A stretch of 64,000 nt of DNA, from NCBI GenBank assembly GCA_965603825.1, contig CBFDEM010000015.1:434001-498000 (forward strand). The letters run 5' to 3'. The notes beneath the pieces are model-generated. The model worked only from the letters and a program-made list of their open reading frames with translations, was not told where the DNA came from and did no database searches. This document shows, piece after piece, positions 10,735-25,296 of this stretch. The position numbers and the translations under genes are program-made. This stretch comes from Blepharisma stoltei ATCC 30299 (Eukaryota; Protista; Ciliophora). Each line of letters starts with the position of its first letter. Positions within the stretch are counted from its first letter, which is position 1.

Positions 10735-13700
10735 TTATTCTTCGTCTCCTGAAAAATGTTCCTCTCTGTTCATTCCTGCTTCATGCTGCTCACTTACAGG
10801 GTTGTCTGCATTCATGCTTTCACAGTCAGTTAATATGGCATATCTGAGTCTTTCTTTTAAGATTTCTTTTGATGAGTAGTCAGGAATTTCTAAGTTGAAG
10901 AAACAAGTGTCAGCTTTTGGCAAAGATCCATCTTTGTGCTCAGCGTTCATAGCTGGCTTGATCATAAGCCTGGTGTTGGTCCTCTCGAAGTCTTCGTCAT
11001 TGCACGGCAGCCTTTCTTGTCCCCAGCTGAATTTGATGAATTTGAGACGCTCTTCAGGTGAAAACTCTTTCATGGACTCCCAAAACCAAATTACTCGAGG
11101 AGAAGTGTCAGTGAGTCCTCCACTGTAGCGAGTATGTCTTTTGAGCAATTCTATATCTACGTGAGGCTTTCCACATACCCATTCTTCTAATTGTCTCCAT
11201 GTTACAAGATTTAGCAGGCCTAATGGGACAAGTTTAGCTAGCCCAGTTCTTATAGCTTGTGATTGCTTGGAGGATTCATTAAATCTTGCATTAAGCACTA
11301 ACGCTATAAACTCATCTTTAGTCTCATAAGTGACTGGAATATTATGTCCGTTTGGCTTGAGATCTATAACAGAGCCATCTGACAGTCTTGTACAGAAATT
11401 TTCAAATGACTCTTCAAATAGCTCTTGGCTTGCATTTTCCATCAGTTTAAGCATCTCATAGACAGGTGTATCAATTAATGCTAAATCTTCAACCCTCAGG
11501 TTTTCGCCTACAAGAGGTTTCCAAAAGAATGAAGGAAGATCTAAAGTCATGCGAGTCCCAGTCCTAGCGCAACAGCCCATAAGCAGTCCTAAAAATTCAT
11601 ACATTTGAAGGTGGGTAGCTGAATTTGATGATGGCCTGATTACATATTTATCTGTTCCTTCACCGAAATGCTCTTTGTTGTTTGGAGATGGGCATAATAG
11701 TTCTGAAATAGGATTTTGGATTTCTTTGGAGACATCAGCGAAAAATTGACGATAAGGTCCAGCTTCTCCTACTACCAGCTCACCTTTAAGGACAACTTCA
11801 AAAGCTATGAAAGGATCGCTTCCTTGAGGCTTTGGAGGTCTAAGAAGTGCTGCATTGATATCTTTAAGCTGGTCTAAAGATTTATAGAAGTTTGAGGCTT
11901 TTTTAGGCTGGTCTATAAGTTTAAGTCTTTCTAGCTGCACTTTTGGAGCTGTTTCTCGCTGTACAGCAGTTTTATCAAATACATTTTGCTGCATTTCGAT
12001 TTTCACGGGAAGCATAATCAAAGATCGAAGTTCTGTAAGAGCGCTTGATAGTGATAAAGTCAAAGAGTTTTTAGGTAATAAAGTATGCTCACTCAAATTG
12101 CTTAGCCTAATAGCTTCAGAAATATATTGGTTGAATACTTTGATGATAGCCCAGTTATAACGAATAACAGCTAATGGCAAGTCACGTATTTCTTTTGAAG
12201 GGTATTCTTGTTGATAGTTGATACTAATGACTTTTTCGATTGGGAATCTAATAAAAGCTGGCGGAATGTAGAGTGCAGCCCTCGTTTCTTGGCAGATTTT
12301 ATACTCAGCAAATTCAACAATAGCTTCAAGCTGCTTTAGTGGAAGAGGAGTTGCTACAACACTTAGCCCATTTTGCAGCCACAAATCAATCCCTTTCTGC
12401 TCAAGGTTCTTATAAAGTTCAAAAGGTGATTTTTTCGCAAGTTCAATAAAGGCAGTCTTGACTACATGCATGTCTTCTCCTAGCCAGCCTTTCAAATAAA
12501 CCCAGATTTCTTCAAAAGCTTTATTAGTTTGCTCATTAAGTGTTCCATCTTCGTTTAGCATTCTTTTGTTAAGAGCAATTTCTATTACTTTTTGGTCATC
12601 TTCAGTACCTTCATAGATTTTGCTTGTACAGTCTGTAGCTCCATTTATTGCTTTGCAAAGTTCATTAATCGATTCACGCTTGTTTGCATTCAATTTTCGT
12701 TCAATTTCTTTGATATTAGTCTGGACTGAATCCACTTGGTCATCACCACTTGTGGCAGCTGGCTTAGGATTTCCACAAATTTCACAGACAGTGTTGCTAA
12801 TAGGATTTTCAAAGGTGCATTGGCTGCACTGATAGGTTTCAGGCTCTTTTGCGTCTTCTTCAGGGACGTCTTTTTTCTCTTCTTCACCAAATTCGGTTTC
12901 TTGATAATATTGTAGATTATATCCATCAGCAAAAATGACGCATTTATTTTCGACAAATTGTACATCAAGGTCTTTATTTATGATTCTAAGCTTATATTGG
13001 CTTAAAATATCATAGACTTTTGATCGCTTTTCTTCAGCCAGATTGTCCAAAATAATTATAGTTTCCCATTGATTGTGAGATAAAAGAGATTTTGCTTCTT
13101 CTTCCAACTCAGAAATGAGGCTTCCTTCATGTCTGAAATAGTGCAGGAAAATCATCGATTTAAACATAGCTTGCATTCAGTCTGGAGTTTCTACAAACAG
13201 CTTATTATGGACTTGCTCTTTTACATCCCATGGGAGCAATGCTGAATTTATAAGCTCGACACCATCTTGGATATATGATGAATAAAGAGCTCCTGAACTG
13301 TTTTCTTTGCTTTTCCACATTTTCATCTCTTCATTCAAACTTATTAGCCAGTCTTCTTTAATTCCAAGGCCTTGTGGGTGTATGCTGTTCATATATCTGA
13401 GCCTTCTCAGGAGTCTTATAAGCATTCTGAAAATGATTTGTCTTAGAGAACTTGGCGATCGTGAATAAGTTAAAAACTCGCACATAGCATCTACCAAAGA
13501 ATGCATTAAAGAAATATTATCTGGATTAGGGCTCTGACAGAGGCTTGCAGAAACTGTTTCAGTTATCCATGACACTGATGTCCATTCGACTGGGATTCCA
13601 TAAACCTTGCATTTTACGATACTTGGCCCCGAGAAGCTGCTTGTAAATGGAGAGCATTTTATATCAATGAAAGTGAAATAAGTGCACCATACCTTTCCTG

Positions 13701-16700
13701 TTTTGAAAACAATAGGAGGAATATTATTCATTCCTTGTCTTCCAGCTCTTATCTCATAAATTAAGTCAGTGCCTTGTGGATCAGAATAAAAGAGAATTGC
13801 AGAGTTAGAGCATAAGAAAGTTTCTTGGCGGAAACACAAAACAAGCCCAGCAAAATTGGTCTCACTAGAATGAAGAGGGAATAATTTCTTCTCTAAACTG
13901 CCTTCTGCAAGAATATTTTCAGGGGTACTTGGAAGTGGCTGCTGATTTCCCATTATTGCAGTTGCAACTTCTACAATATCCACATTTCTAGAGGTTTCTG
14001 AAATAAGTTCTGAGAGTTGATGCCAAGTGATGACAGCCCATTCTACAAGGTCTGGCTCTTTATTTGGGATTAATTTCTCTTCTATATAATAAAGATGAGG
14101 CAAATGCTGTCGTTTATCATACTGGTTAAAATGATGGCTGGATTTTATGGTATTCGGCAATACAAAGTCAGGCCTATACAGTTTCCAGCCTTCAATTCGG
14201 TCTTCACTTAGTTCTTCCCAGACAGCTAATTTTATCATATCAATGATTCCAATCAGTCCTTTTTCAATCCCACTCATACATTTCAATAGGGTTTCTCTAG
14301 CTGCAATTCCAGTTAGTTTTGAGTTATAGTCATTGAAAACATCTTGAAGTTTTTTGGCGCTAGGGATAGGGGATACATTGACTTCAGGTGGATAGATAAC
14401 AGAAACCGGAAGCCAGCACATATGGAGCTCAAGTCTTTCAATATCAATAAATTCTACTAATAGGCAAGCAGCTCTTATATCTACAGCTCGAATAATGACT
14501 GGGAATTGAGTTATTCCTTGCTCGAACATTCTTCTTATAAGAGTATTATCAACTTGTTGTAAGGTTTTCTCTTTGATTTTGGCAATTCCCCATTTTCCAA
14601 CAGAAGTTTCGTCGAACATAAGTGAGCTCCAGTCATGTTTAGGGTCAGGTAGAACAATTCCAGACGGTAAACGCTGATCGCATAGAACATAAGCAATTTC
14701 TGAAGCATGATGTTGATTGCCAAGTCTGAGTGGTTGTCTTAGCTGCTCAAAATAAAATTCCATTTCAAACGCTTTGAATGAAGACCTCACATAATCTTGA
14801 ATCCTTGCAATGATGTATTTTTCCCAATATTTCATCATTTTAAAGTTAGTTTGGTCTGTTGTGTATCCTGCTAGATGTGGCTGGAACATTAAATTAGAAG
14901 AAATTGGTAGGGTGTAGCCAGAGATACCATCATCAGCTTCGTTTTCATTTTTCAACAGAAATGCCTCAGATGAAAGCTCCTCAGTTTCTCTGATTGGGGT
15001 TGTGAATAAAACTGGATCACTTGTAGACAGAACTTCCCAAGCTTGCAAGAATTTCCTTTCCCAGAAATATGAAGGTTTATCTGTTGGGCAGTCTTTGGAT
15101 AATTCACTGATGATTTTCATGAATTCAGGAACTTGTTGGTCATCAGATTGAATCCAGCTGCTTCAGTCAACCTCGCAACAAATCTTCAAAATTTGTCGTT
15201 TGGCTGTCAAATGCCATGCAGAATTGCCTTGAAAGTCAATCAAAGCTTGAGCAAGCATTTTAGGAGTTAAACCAAGCTTTTCTGGCTCTGGAATAAGTCT
15301 TGCTGATTGTATTTCACTCAGCGACAAATAATGAACCTGGAAATGGCTGTCATCTTCGAAAATCACTGCAGAACTCTTAAATCCGCTGTCATATCCTCCT
15401 TGCAGCACAACGCCACGGACTTTAGTATTATTCATATCTGCTAGCACCACAGTTCCTGGTCTAATATAATCGTTCCATCCTCCAGCCACAACTAAGCCAC
15501 CCAATACAAAATCATTTATCATATGAGTGTCTTTTAGCTGCATAACGACTTCTAGCACTTTTGATTTTAAGCTATTTTTCCATGATTTAACTTCTAATAA
15601 TGAATAAAGAAGATCAATGAGCTCTAAAATGCAGAGAGAGTAAGAACCGCCTGGCTTGATTGGTTTTTGCAGTAAAGTATGAGAATAAGCACCAGTTACA
15701 ATCCCAGTCAATTTTTCTGAAGATTTGAGAGCAGGCAATGAAGATCCTGATTCCATCACAAAATCAATTTTTTGAGCAACGTAGGCATCACAGATTGAGG
15801 CTAAAATTTGGCGCTTTGGCTTAAATTCTTCTCTTTCTGGCTTTTCTGTAGGAACTTTGGCATGAGGATTTATAGGAAGGATAGGGAGTTTTGTTTTGGT
15901 ATCGACAAACATGTTTATTTGATGCTCTTGAATAATATTTACTAGCTCTTGAGCTTGTTCTAATGAGATTGGCTCTCCAATTTGGCTTACTCCTTTAGCT
16001 AATAGCCCAGCAGCTACTTGTTGAGCTTCTTTCAAGAAGTACTTGATTTTCTTAATAAATGCTTTTTCTTTTATTTTTCTTTCTCTCTCTTCTGGAGTAT
16101 CATTTTCCTTTACATCTTCAAATGCTTTATTAGCTTCATCAAAAACTTTTTCCATCTTTGATAACGACAGCCCTGACCCAACAGTTCTTTTTCCTGCCGC
16201 CTTTTTTGCAGGTTGATTTTTGCCTCCTCTTTTTCCAGCTTTTCTTCTTGCACCCCTTCCACTATCAGCACTTAAAAATCTGTAATACATTGGCACATCC
16301 TTTCCTTTTTCTATTTCTTGAGGTATTCCAAGATATGATGGATTTACAAATTCTTCAAGCATGCTTGCTTCATTTTCAGCTAAAACTGCGTTTTCGTCAT
16401 CACCTTGTGAATTAAGGTATTTATAAGTTGGGTATTTTTCTTCCCAGTCTAATAAAACCTGGAATAAAAATCCAAGGTCTTCTTCACCTGTAGAGGTATG
16501 CAAAAGGACGGCATATTTGAGATCTTGGTTTTTCTCTTCTTTTAGATGAAGTGATGAATAAGATCCGATTACTCTGAGTAATTCTTCAACAAAGTTACTA
16601 TTAATTTCAGCTGGATCTACATCAAGTCATATCTGTTTTGCTATTCTAGAAGCCATTCTTATAAGAGTTGGTATAGATTGCTTTAGAAGCATCTCAGAAA

Positions 16701-19700
16701 GACACCTTGAAAGCTTGATTTTGTCCTCTGATTTGTGAATCCCACAGGTTGATATAATTTCATAGGTGATTCCTAATAAAATTTCTAGTCTTAAAGAGTT
16801 TTCATTAGAAGGTTCTGATTGGATTTCTTTTTGGAGATATTGAAGAATTATTGATATTAAGTCTTGCTGGAGAGCATGCTTTATCTCATATGACGGAGAG
16901 TCTTTAGAAGCTTTTATTAAACTGAATAATGTTAACTTAGAGCCTGACACAACGACGCGAGCAAACCGATTATGAGAAATACTGCTTGCAACCAGCATAG
17001 ACTCTAGCAAAGAAATCAATAAAACATCATAAGAAGTGCTTTTTAGTATAGTGTCTCGAGAATCATTATATTTCGTCAATAAATAGCAGTCATGCAATAA
17101 TGAAGCCAACAGTCTCATTTGCTGGTTTATGTAGTGTTCACTGTATTGGAATTGCGGGGATATGAATTTTGACTCTTTTTTCAGGTTTGTTGAAAATCGC
17201 TTTGATGGATCTCTAGTAATTTTAACACTTTCTGTGACGTAGCTTAAGGCTTGAGACATTAATCCAAAAACTTTATTTCCTTGTTCATTTAAGTGTCCTG
17301 CTAAAGCTCTTCCGCAGCATTCAGCTCCTATAAAGAGATTTGGTGTGCACATTAGGCCAAGACTCATTCTCAAAAATGGAGTTCTTCTGGTTGCTGATAG
17401 AAATTCTGATAAATATTGCATGCCTATCAATCTTTTCGCAGCTCTTATAAAATGCTGCTTAGCTTGAGATAAGAAATCGTTAGGAATTGATGAGCTTGTG
17501 ATAAACACACAGATTGCTTGGAGAGGAGAACTTTCTGGGGAGTGGAAGTTGCCTTCGGTTTCTCCTGGCTGCTGCCAAAGCTTCCACTTTTTGTAGGAAT
17601 TGACCCATTTTCTCATTTCTTCGATTTTCATTTCATCTTCATGAGAATAAGAAGTCGCAGCTCTCTTCAGATGTGGCATTTCTTCTAAGGCGACTTCAGA
17701 ATCATTTGTTTCGGCTTGGAAGGATGCAAATCTAAGCAATATCAAAAGTCTGATATGAACTTTTTCAGCTAAATCCATATATGGGTTTGGGAAATTTTCT
17801 TGTTTGTCATAAAGCTTATCATAAATTTCTCTTAAACATTTTTGATCTTCTGTAAATTGTATTAAAAGAGATTTGCATAAAGCCTTAATCAGCTCAGCAT
17901 TGCCTAAAAATCTATCAGCAAATGCTTTATAAATTTGCTCTTTGTCGCTTTCATCTAATTTTATTTCTGGCTTAGCAACTGGCTTTATTTCTTTTTTGGT
18001 AACCTTTTGAGGTTTAGATAAAGAAAGTCTTTTCACGTTCGGTTTTTTGCCTTTTTTCTTTTTGGGAGGCGCCTGCACCTTCTTCTCTTCTTCCATCAAT
18101 TCTTGCTGCTGCTGTTTCTGCATTTTTTCCTCTAGCTTTTCTGCTTTTTTAGTTCTAATTTCATCTAAAGCTTGCTGCTTTTCCTTTTCCTGCTGGAGAG
18201 TTTTTAATAGCCAAGTCAAAAATTCATTAAGTCTTTTTCCATAAGCTTTCAGCTGCTCTTGAATGTAGCCTTCATCATGCCTTAGTGAAAAATCTGAAGG
18301 ATTTTCTATCCATTCTTTCATGCTATTTAAATGCTGAGTATGATACAGCATTGTATAAAGAGTAAGAGCTTCAATTTGTTTCCAATAAAATTCTATTTGG
18401 GCTGTAAAAGATTTTCTGTGCTTTTCTGCATTATAAGTAATAGGCCGAGCTTGGAGTTTTCTTACTTTGTCTAGCAAGCTATAAATAAAACTGTTCCCAT
18501 CATTTAAAGCTTTTAGCTCATCAGAATGAGCAGCTGGAAGAGTTTTCATTAGGCTCTCAATATTTAATTCATTCATTTCGTTTTCTTTTACATCTTTTGG
18601 CTCATAAACCCAGATTCCATTTTCTTTTGATAAATATTCATCAATATTAATATCTGCAAGTCCACCTTTGAATATTTGCCATTTTAACAGCTCTGACTCT
18701 TGGATATCTTGTATTTTGGTAAAATAGTCTTCAATGCTTGTTGAAACTGCAGCAGACAATAAATTTAATAACGAAACCCATTGGATTAAAGCAGTTTCTC
18801 CTCCGAATTTTATCGCAATCTTGCTTAATAATGACAAACTGTTGTTATCGTTTACAAAAAGCCATGGCTCTCCATAGATCGGCTTAATTCTTATCCTAAA
18901 TCCCCACCTAGAGCTATTTGATTCTTCTCTATGCTGTCCAGCTGCGTTAAATTCTATATGCACTTGGTCTCCTTGTAAATACAGCTGATGGCTTATATTG
19001 ATTTTTCCTGACAGTTTAAATGAAGTAGAAAAAATTTCACCATTGAAATTGTTAAATCCAGCATAATTTTCAGGGCAGCTGAGCCATAAACAATCATGCA
19101 AGTTATCAGTTTGGCTTCTAGGGTCTAGTTCAATGCAGATTGCTATAGCACCTGGGAAACTGATGGTCTCATTTATTTGTTGTTTTCCTCTTTGATATGG
19201 ATGACTCGTCTCGAAGATTTTTTCTTGGGCAATATCAGCGCCAACATAGAAGCTATTACAGAGGGATGTTAAAAGGTTTGTTTCCTCGACTAAGAAAAGC
19301 TTTTTTACTTTGGCAATTATTTGGATGAGGTTTCTGAGAATATGCTGTGATTGGTTCTTGTAAGCAAGATTGATGCAAGATACTATGAGAATCCGGATCC
19401 AGTTAAGCCATTTAGTGTATAGTGTAGTTATTCTGTCACCAATAATTGAAATGAATTTATCAAGCACAACGTTAATTAATTTTGAAAGCTGCTCAGCGTA
19501 ATTTATATTGTCTGCAGTTGCATCTTTTACAAGATAGAGAAGTATTTCAAATAAAACTTGTGTCTCCACTGAGGAAGGATCTGATATTGAACTCATTAGC
19601 CCTTTTTCAAACAGTCCCCAAATGCTTTCCAGCAAGTGCCCTAAAGTTCCTCTTTTAACTTCTGGAATAATTGCATCTCCAGTCTGGAAAGAAACACAAG

Positions 19701-22700
19701 AAGCAGTTGCCAAATTTGATTCATTTCCTTGTTTATCTACTAGAACAGTGATATTCTCTTTAAATAAAGAATTGTAAGATTTTTCTATGATGAATGACGA
19801 GGGACCATAAACATTTTTCAAGTACCATAAAATCAATGGATCCTCACAGCTGTTATAAAGCATTGAGCTGCTAATTGTTTTTGAGATTTGCTTAACATTG
19901 TATAAGAAAGAATCTTTGCGGAATAAAACAGGAGCAGGAGGTGAAGCAAGCCACGAAGCTTCTAAGATGTTTTTAAACCATTGGATCTCTTTTTCTTTAG
20001 ATGAGCATATAAGCTCCCAACCAATAATTAGAATCTTCCATGCAAGATGCTGGAATTCTTGGTCTCCACGGGATAAAGCACTGATGATAACATTTTCTAG
20101 CCTTGCAACTATTTCAGGTTTTATTAGTGAAGGTCTGGAATGGCTTACCCATAAAAATAATAAATGCAATGCTGCATTTGTAGCTTTTCCTTCAGATTCT
20201 ATAACATTTAGCAAAAATTCAAGAGTAATTGAAGAACTTTCTAGACAAAATAAAGCCTCTTTACTATTATCGATGACAACTGTTGGCTTATCTTTTGCTT
20301 GCTCCAATACACAAGTTTTCATCTTATCATTCAACAAAATCATGAAGGTCTCTCCTTTTTTCCTTTTGGTATTTTCATTGATAGGCTTTAACCCCAAACT
20401 TCTCGCAATTGCCATTTCTTCAACAGCTTTAAGCTTTTCTAGTCTCATTTGCATTTTTTCAATGATTTTTTGGGCAGCAGAAATTTTTTCATTGTCTGTT
20501 AATCCTCTTAAATATTTGGTATATTTACTGATGATTCTCGAATACATAGTCGTCCATCTCAGCCATTTCCACGGTAAAGTAAACCTATTAGCTTCACATT
20601 CTTGAATAATTTGAAGCCCTTCAGCAACAAAAGCTTCATATGGCCTTCCTCCTAAATCGTAGTTTTTCAGCAAAATTCTTTCTTTTAAAGAGGTTTGGTC
20701 TGCATAAGCAATAAAATGCACCCCATTGGCATAGTTAAGAACAGATGTATAGAATTTTTGGTTGATAGTATCATAGCAAGTAGCAGTGTCCATAGCAAAT
20801 GCTTTATCACAGTCTTTATTAATGATATGAGATCCTTTGTGGGTATGCAAAGGTTTTTCTTGGTTCTTGTATCTGTTCCAGAAGTTTTCGTCTTGTTTAA
20901 GTTCAGCTACTTGATTGGTTGTATTAGGCAATATGTGAGCATCAGTTGGGAGAAGTTTTACATCATTAGGAGAAACAGAAAATATACGTGAGGTTGCAGA
21001 ACCACCATCTGGGTTAAGGAAATGAAGGGCGATTTGTTCCTTGCTCATAGTCCAGTTGCCTCTAGACACTAAATCAGGAGTCAAAATTGTATCAGATTTT
21101 AATGAAACTTCAGGTTTTTGCATTTTCCCAATAGTATAAGAAATAACATCAGCTTCACATAAAAGCGTGCTTTGAGTGCTTGTCACGATTTTTTTGCCTC
21201 TTTCGTTATCTCCATTTTCCACAAGCCAATTAGCAGCGCTTTCAATATCATCATTATGGATCGCTAAAGCTCTTTGACATTCATATATAGAAAAATACCC
21301 AGAAAACCCTTCATGCAGTTCTTTAGCAAGTTCACTAGGCTCTTGTTGAGGCTTCGTATAAGATTGCAAATGAGAGACATCAAACTTATAAAGTACAAAT
21401 TTGCATATATTAGGGTCATCTTTTTTCTTGGCATCATCTTTCTTTTCCTCTTCTTCTGGCTTAGCTATAGTCTCAAATTTCATTCCAACTACAAATAAAG
21501 ATTCTCCGTCAGAAAGCAAAGGATAATATTTATTAAAAGCCTGTTTAGAAGCATTTCCAAAAATATCAGTGCAAAATAGCTGCAGCAATCCTTCAATTTT
21601 AAAAGTATTTGGACATATAATTTGCAGCACTCCAGTTTCTTTGAAGCTTGATCTCATATAAAGTTTTCCTTTGCAATAGACCCACAAAGCTTCTTCAGGT
21701 CTTTCAGATGCCTGGTAAAGATAAACTTTTCCACACACAGTTCCATTTTCACCTGTGCCTATTTTGAATTTCCCACCTCCTTGGGTGCCAATAAATAGAT
21801 ATATATATTCTCCATCAGTGGTTATTGACGTATTCCAGCAATTTTGGTTTTTCTGAAACACTGAGTTGTGAGCAGCTGAAAATCTGCCCATCATTGATCC
21901 TGGTTTGACGCCATGAACAGGTTTTTCATAGTTTAAAATTGCTTTAATCATACTTATATGAGGAGCAATTGCTTCTGATAAAGCCCCTACAAATTCCTCA
22001 CTGGTTTCATGGGTCGAGCAATAACTCCAGACCTCAAATAGAGAGCTTGCCAGCCTTGTGCCATTTCCTGATAAAAATCCGAAAATTAATAAGGCCTGCA
22101 GAGCCATATTGACAAGCTTTGCGTCTTCATGGTATTTCTGAATAAATGCTTTAGCTTTTTCGATAAATTTCATGCTAAGATCAAAAGGTTCAAGCCACAA
22201 AGCGAGTGGCGGGAGCTGTTTTAGCTTTTCTAGAAGTTCTGGCAAGCCATATGGCCATGATGAAGGATCAGTACCCGGCAAGCTGCTGGTTTGCCATGGT
22301 TGCATTGCGATACCTTTGGTCAGATCAACAAATTCGTCATCAGTTGGCTTAGAGTGGACATTTCCTCTAATGAGCTGAGATTCATTGCTAATTGTTCCGT
22401 AAAGGTTGAGCAAGCGTGAATAGAATAAGGAAATTTCTGAGTGAGTATCTTGAGTAAGAGAGTCCAGCTGTTTTTGCCATTCGAGTATAGAAAGCTCTTT
22501 AGCGTGGCTGTAAACTTCTGGCTGAAAAGTAACTAAGGAGAAGTACTTGTCTAGAGGACCTCCGGAGCCTTCTTCTTTATTGAATTCCTTAATTGGAATA
22601 GTAATGCTGTCGAACTTAAAAGATGCAAGAGCCGCCCAGTCAGGATCCTCAGTCACATTGCGCTCATTGAAACAGAGCAGATCATCCAATCCAGTCTCAA

Positions 22701-22710
22701 GGATTGACAT
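10735..22710 (-). CDS. Giant HECT E3 ubiquitin ligase (HECTD4/HERC-like), 3991 aa
   Basis: Four track ORFs join in frame via TGA at 16627, 15163 and 13177. N-terminal ITTDGEYIY...KIGTG, UBA-like CQRAL...DIESAANWL, FETSHPY module, RanBP2-type ZnF CSQCTFEN...CEIC and a C-terminal HECT with catalytic ADTCFF. Confidence 0.92.
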
Positions 22711-22914
22711 ATTTTTATATAAAGTAATGTGAATTCATTAGTTAATCTAAATAAATTATTTATCTAATCGGCATCTATATAAAAATGACTATAAAGAAAT
22801 TAAATTAAGAGTTGAATTATAAAATCATTAATATGAACTATTTGAATTAATTTCAAAAAAATGCTTTGGAAGCTTAACTAATTTCGAATTCGGCTCGATT
22901 AAAAGATTCTTTGC

Positions 22915-24720
22915 TTAAGCTCAAACTTTGGTTTTTATATTGACAAGCGAATCTGATAATGTAATCGATATATATTTCCCAATTATTTTCAGGCCTTTTT
23001 GTATCTTATAAAAACTGATTTTTTTTGTGATGTTGGAAAACTTAAACAATGAAGACATAAAATCTTTTCTTTTTCTCAAGATAATTTTATTAAAAGTTTT
23101 TCCTAGTCTATAAGCCCTTGATTTGTTTACAAATTCCTGCATTGAATTATTTTGTTTTTTATATAGAAAAGATTGATTTAAAATAGCTGATTCATATGCT
23201 GATGAAGACAAATCTGCTTCATTGCTTGTTTGAGCTGTGCTCCATAATAAATATTGTTTCCTTTTTAAATAGCTTTTCGCAACCCTTTGAATATTTTTAG
23301 TATGGAGATATTTTTCAAACAATTCAGGCTTGAATTTTACAAGTCTATGATGAGGTGTAGCAGTATTAACATAGAGTACATATTTTAGTATTTCAAAAGC
23401 TTCATTTGAAGGCTTTGTGATGCAAATTCCTATAATTGCTTTAATTCCTTTTTGTATAGAATAATATCTTCTTCTTAAATATTTAGGCATCGTGCTTTGC
23501 AACTTCCAAAAACCCATCTTATTGTGTTTATTTATAAGTTTTTGGAGAGCAGGAATAAGTGCATTTATATTCCTCACATAAGCTTTATTGAACTTGCAAC
23601 GTCTACCTTTTGTGCTTTCAATACTGTGTGTTGATGTTACTGATATTGAAGATATATTGAGGTCTTGGCTTTTTGAGTGTTTAGTTTTAGTTTCAGGGAT
23701 GACTGAATGCCAAAATGTTTCAGTGACAAACAGTTTTGCAATATTTCCATTGAATTTAGGAGTTGATGGTTTTTTATTTAAATATTTATTTGAAGTCTTT
23801 ATTCCTTTCCATCACCTTTGAATAGAAATAACTTTCTGCTCAATTGTTTTTGTATCAAATTTTGAAATGGAGTCTTCTTTGGAGTAAGATTTATCTTGGA
23901 TTTCTATTGAATCGCATTCAGAAAATTGCAATCTTGGAGATGAAGTGAAAGTGGAATTGTCTATACAAAGTTTTGGAACTATGGTCTTCGTTTCTATGTA
24001 ACAAAGCAGTTTCGGCTTAATTTCACAATGATAAATTCTCAAGCTGCATTGAAATATTTGGATTAAAGGCTTTTGTAGAGAAGCATTCTCATAGCGTAAA
24101 ATTTCTATAGGATATGAAAGTGACTTTTGAGAGCAAGAATAGAGTGAAAGTGATAATGAGTAAAATAATTGTGGATTCTTGATTTCTAGAAAGAAAGGCT
24201 GGACTGTGAGTGTTTGGCTATATAAATTAACTTCTGGCTTTGCAATTTGAAAAAATTCTATCACATAGTTTTGCAAAGGCCATTGATTCTTTTTTTTATC
24301 ATGCTTTTCATCAACTAAAATATCAATGCATCTTTCATCTGTTTGAATATAATTTATATCGCAATGCTCAACATTTAAATTATTCTCATTTTTTATCTCT
24401 TCAAAATATAATAAAATCTCAGTCTGCTTCTTTTTCAACACTCTAAAGCTTTGAATTGATATGATTTCTGATGATTTATAATTTTCAAAGCCAAAGCTTT
24501 TTTCTGCGTAAAATAAATTTTCAAGATGCTTACTTTCAATTTCAAATTTTTTATACGACAATAAATACTCACTTGATTTAAAGATTGGAATATGAATATT
24601 CCTTCATTCTATATCCTTCAATTTTTTGTTGGGAATCAGAGACTTGATACAGGAAAATTCTTGTTCGATATAGCTTAGGCTGTACTCACCAACAGAGTTG
24701 AAATAAATCAAATTTTCCAT
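22915..24720 (-). CDS. Hypothetical 601-aa protein with a basic C-terminal half
   Basis: Single frame from ATG 24720 through TGAs at 24604, 23812 and 22921 to TAA at 22915. Confidence 0.6.
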
Positions 24721-24825
24721 TTAATTGAAATAGATATTAAATAATCTTTTTATTGTTTCCAATAGTGCAGCTAAAATTGTGAAATTTATGTAAGGATAAA
24801 AGTCATATAAATAAGATAAACTATT

Positions 24826-25296
24826 TTAAGGATTAAATGCAGGTGGAGGTGGTCTTGAAGGTGGAGCCCTTCCTGGCGCATTTAACATCACTGAAACTGG
24901 AGGTGGTGGAGGTCCTCCCAACACGCTTGGTCCTGCAAGTCCTGGTGGTGCTTTATCAAAAGTTCCTCCCACAATTCCTTTTTCAACTGGCTTGGCTCTT
25001 CCAATTACAAGACCTTCTCCAGGTTTTCTTGCTTGTGGTGGAGGAGGAGCTTCTGCAGTGATGCTTACAATGTTTTCGCCTCTAATCAGTATCATTCCAA
25101 GCATTCTTTTTTGCTCTTTTTCTAATTCCCCAGATCTTTTAGGTTTTACTTTACGAAATTCTTCAGTATCTGATAGCACTGCGTTCATGTGTTTATCAAA
25201 GGCTAGAAAATTGCCTACCATTTGACGACCATCAGTCAGAGTGACTCTGACTCTGTAATTAATCCATTGAATCATCTTGCCTCCTTTCTTGACCAT
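24826..25296 (-). CDS. SNRPB: Small nuclear ribonucleoprotein SmB
   Basis: Sm fold (INYRVRVTLTDGR..AFDKHMN.VL.D.EEFR, LIRGENIVS) and a Pro-rich tail. Confidence 0.95.
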   Translation of the reverse strand: MVKKGGKMIQWINYRVRVTLTDGRQMVGNFLAFDKHMNAVLSDTEEFRKVKPKRSGELEKEQKRMLGMILIRGENIVSITAEAPPPPQARKPGEGLVIGRAKPVEKGIVGGTFDKAPPGLAGPSVLGGPPPPPVSVMLNAPGRAPPSRPPPPAFNP

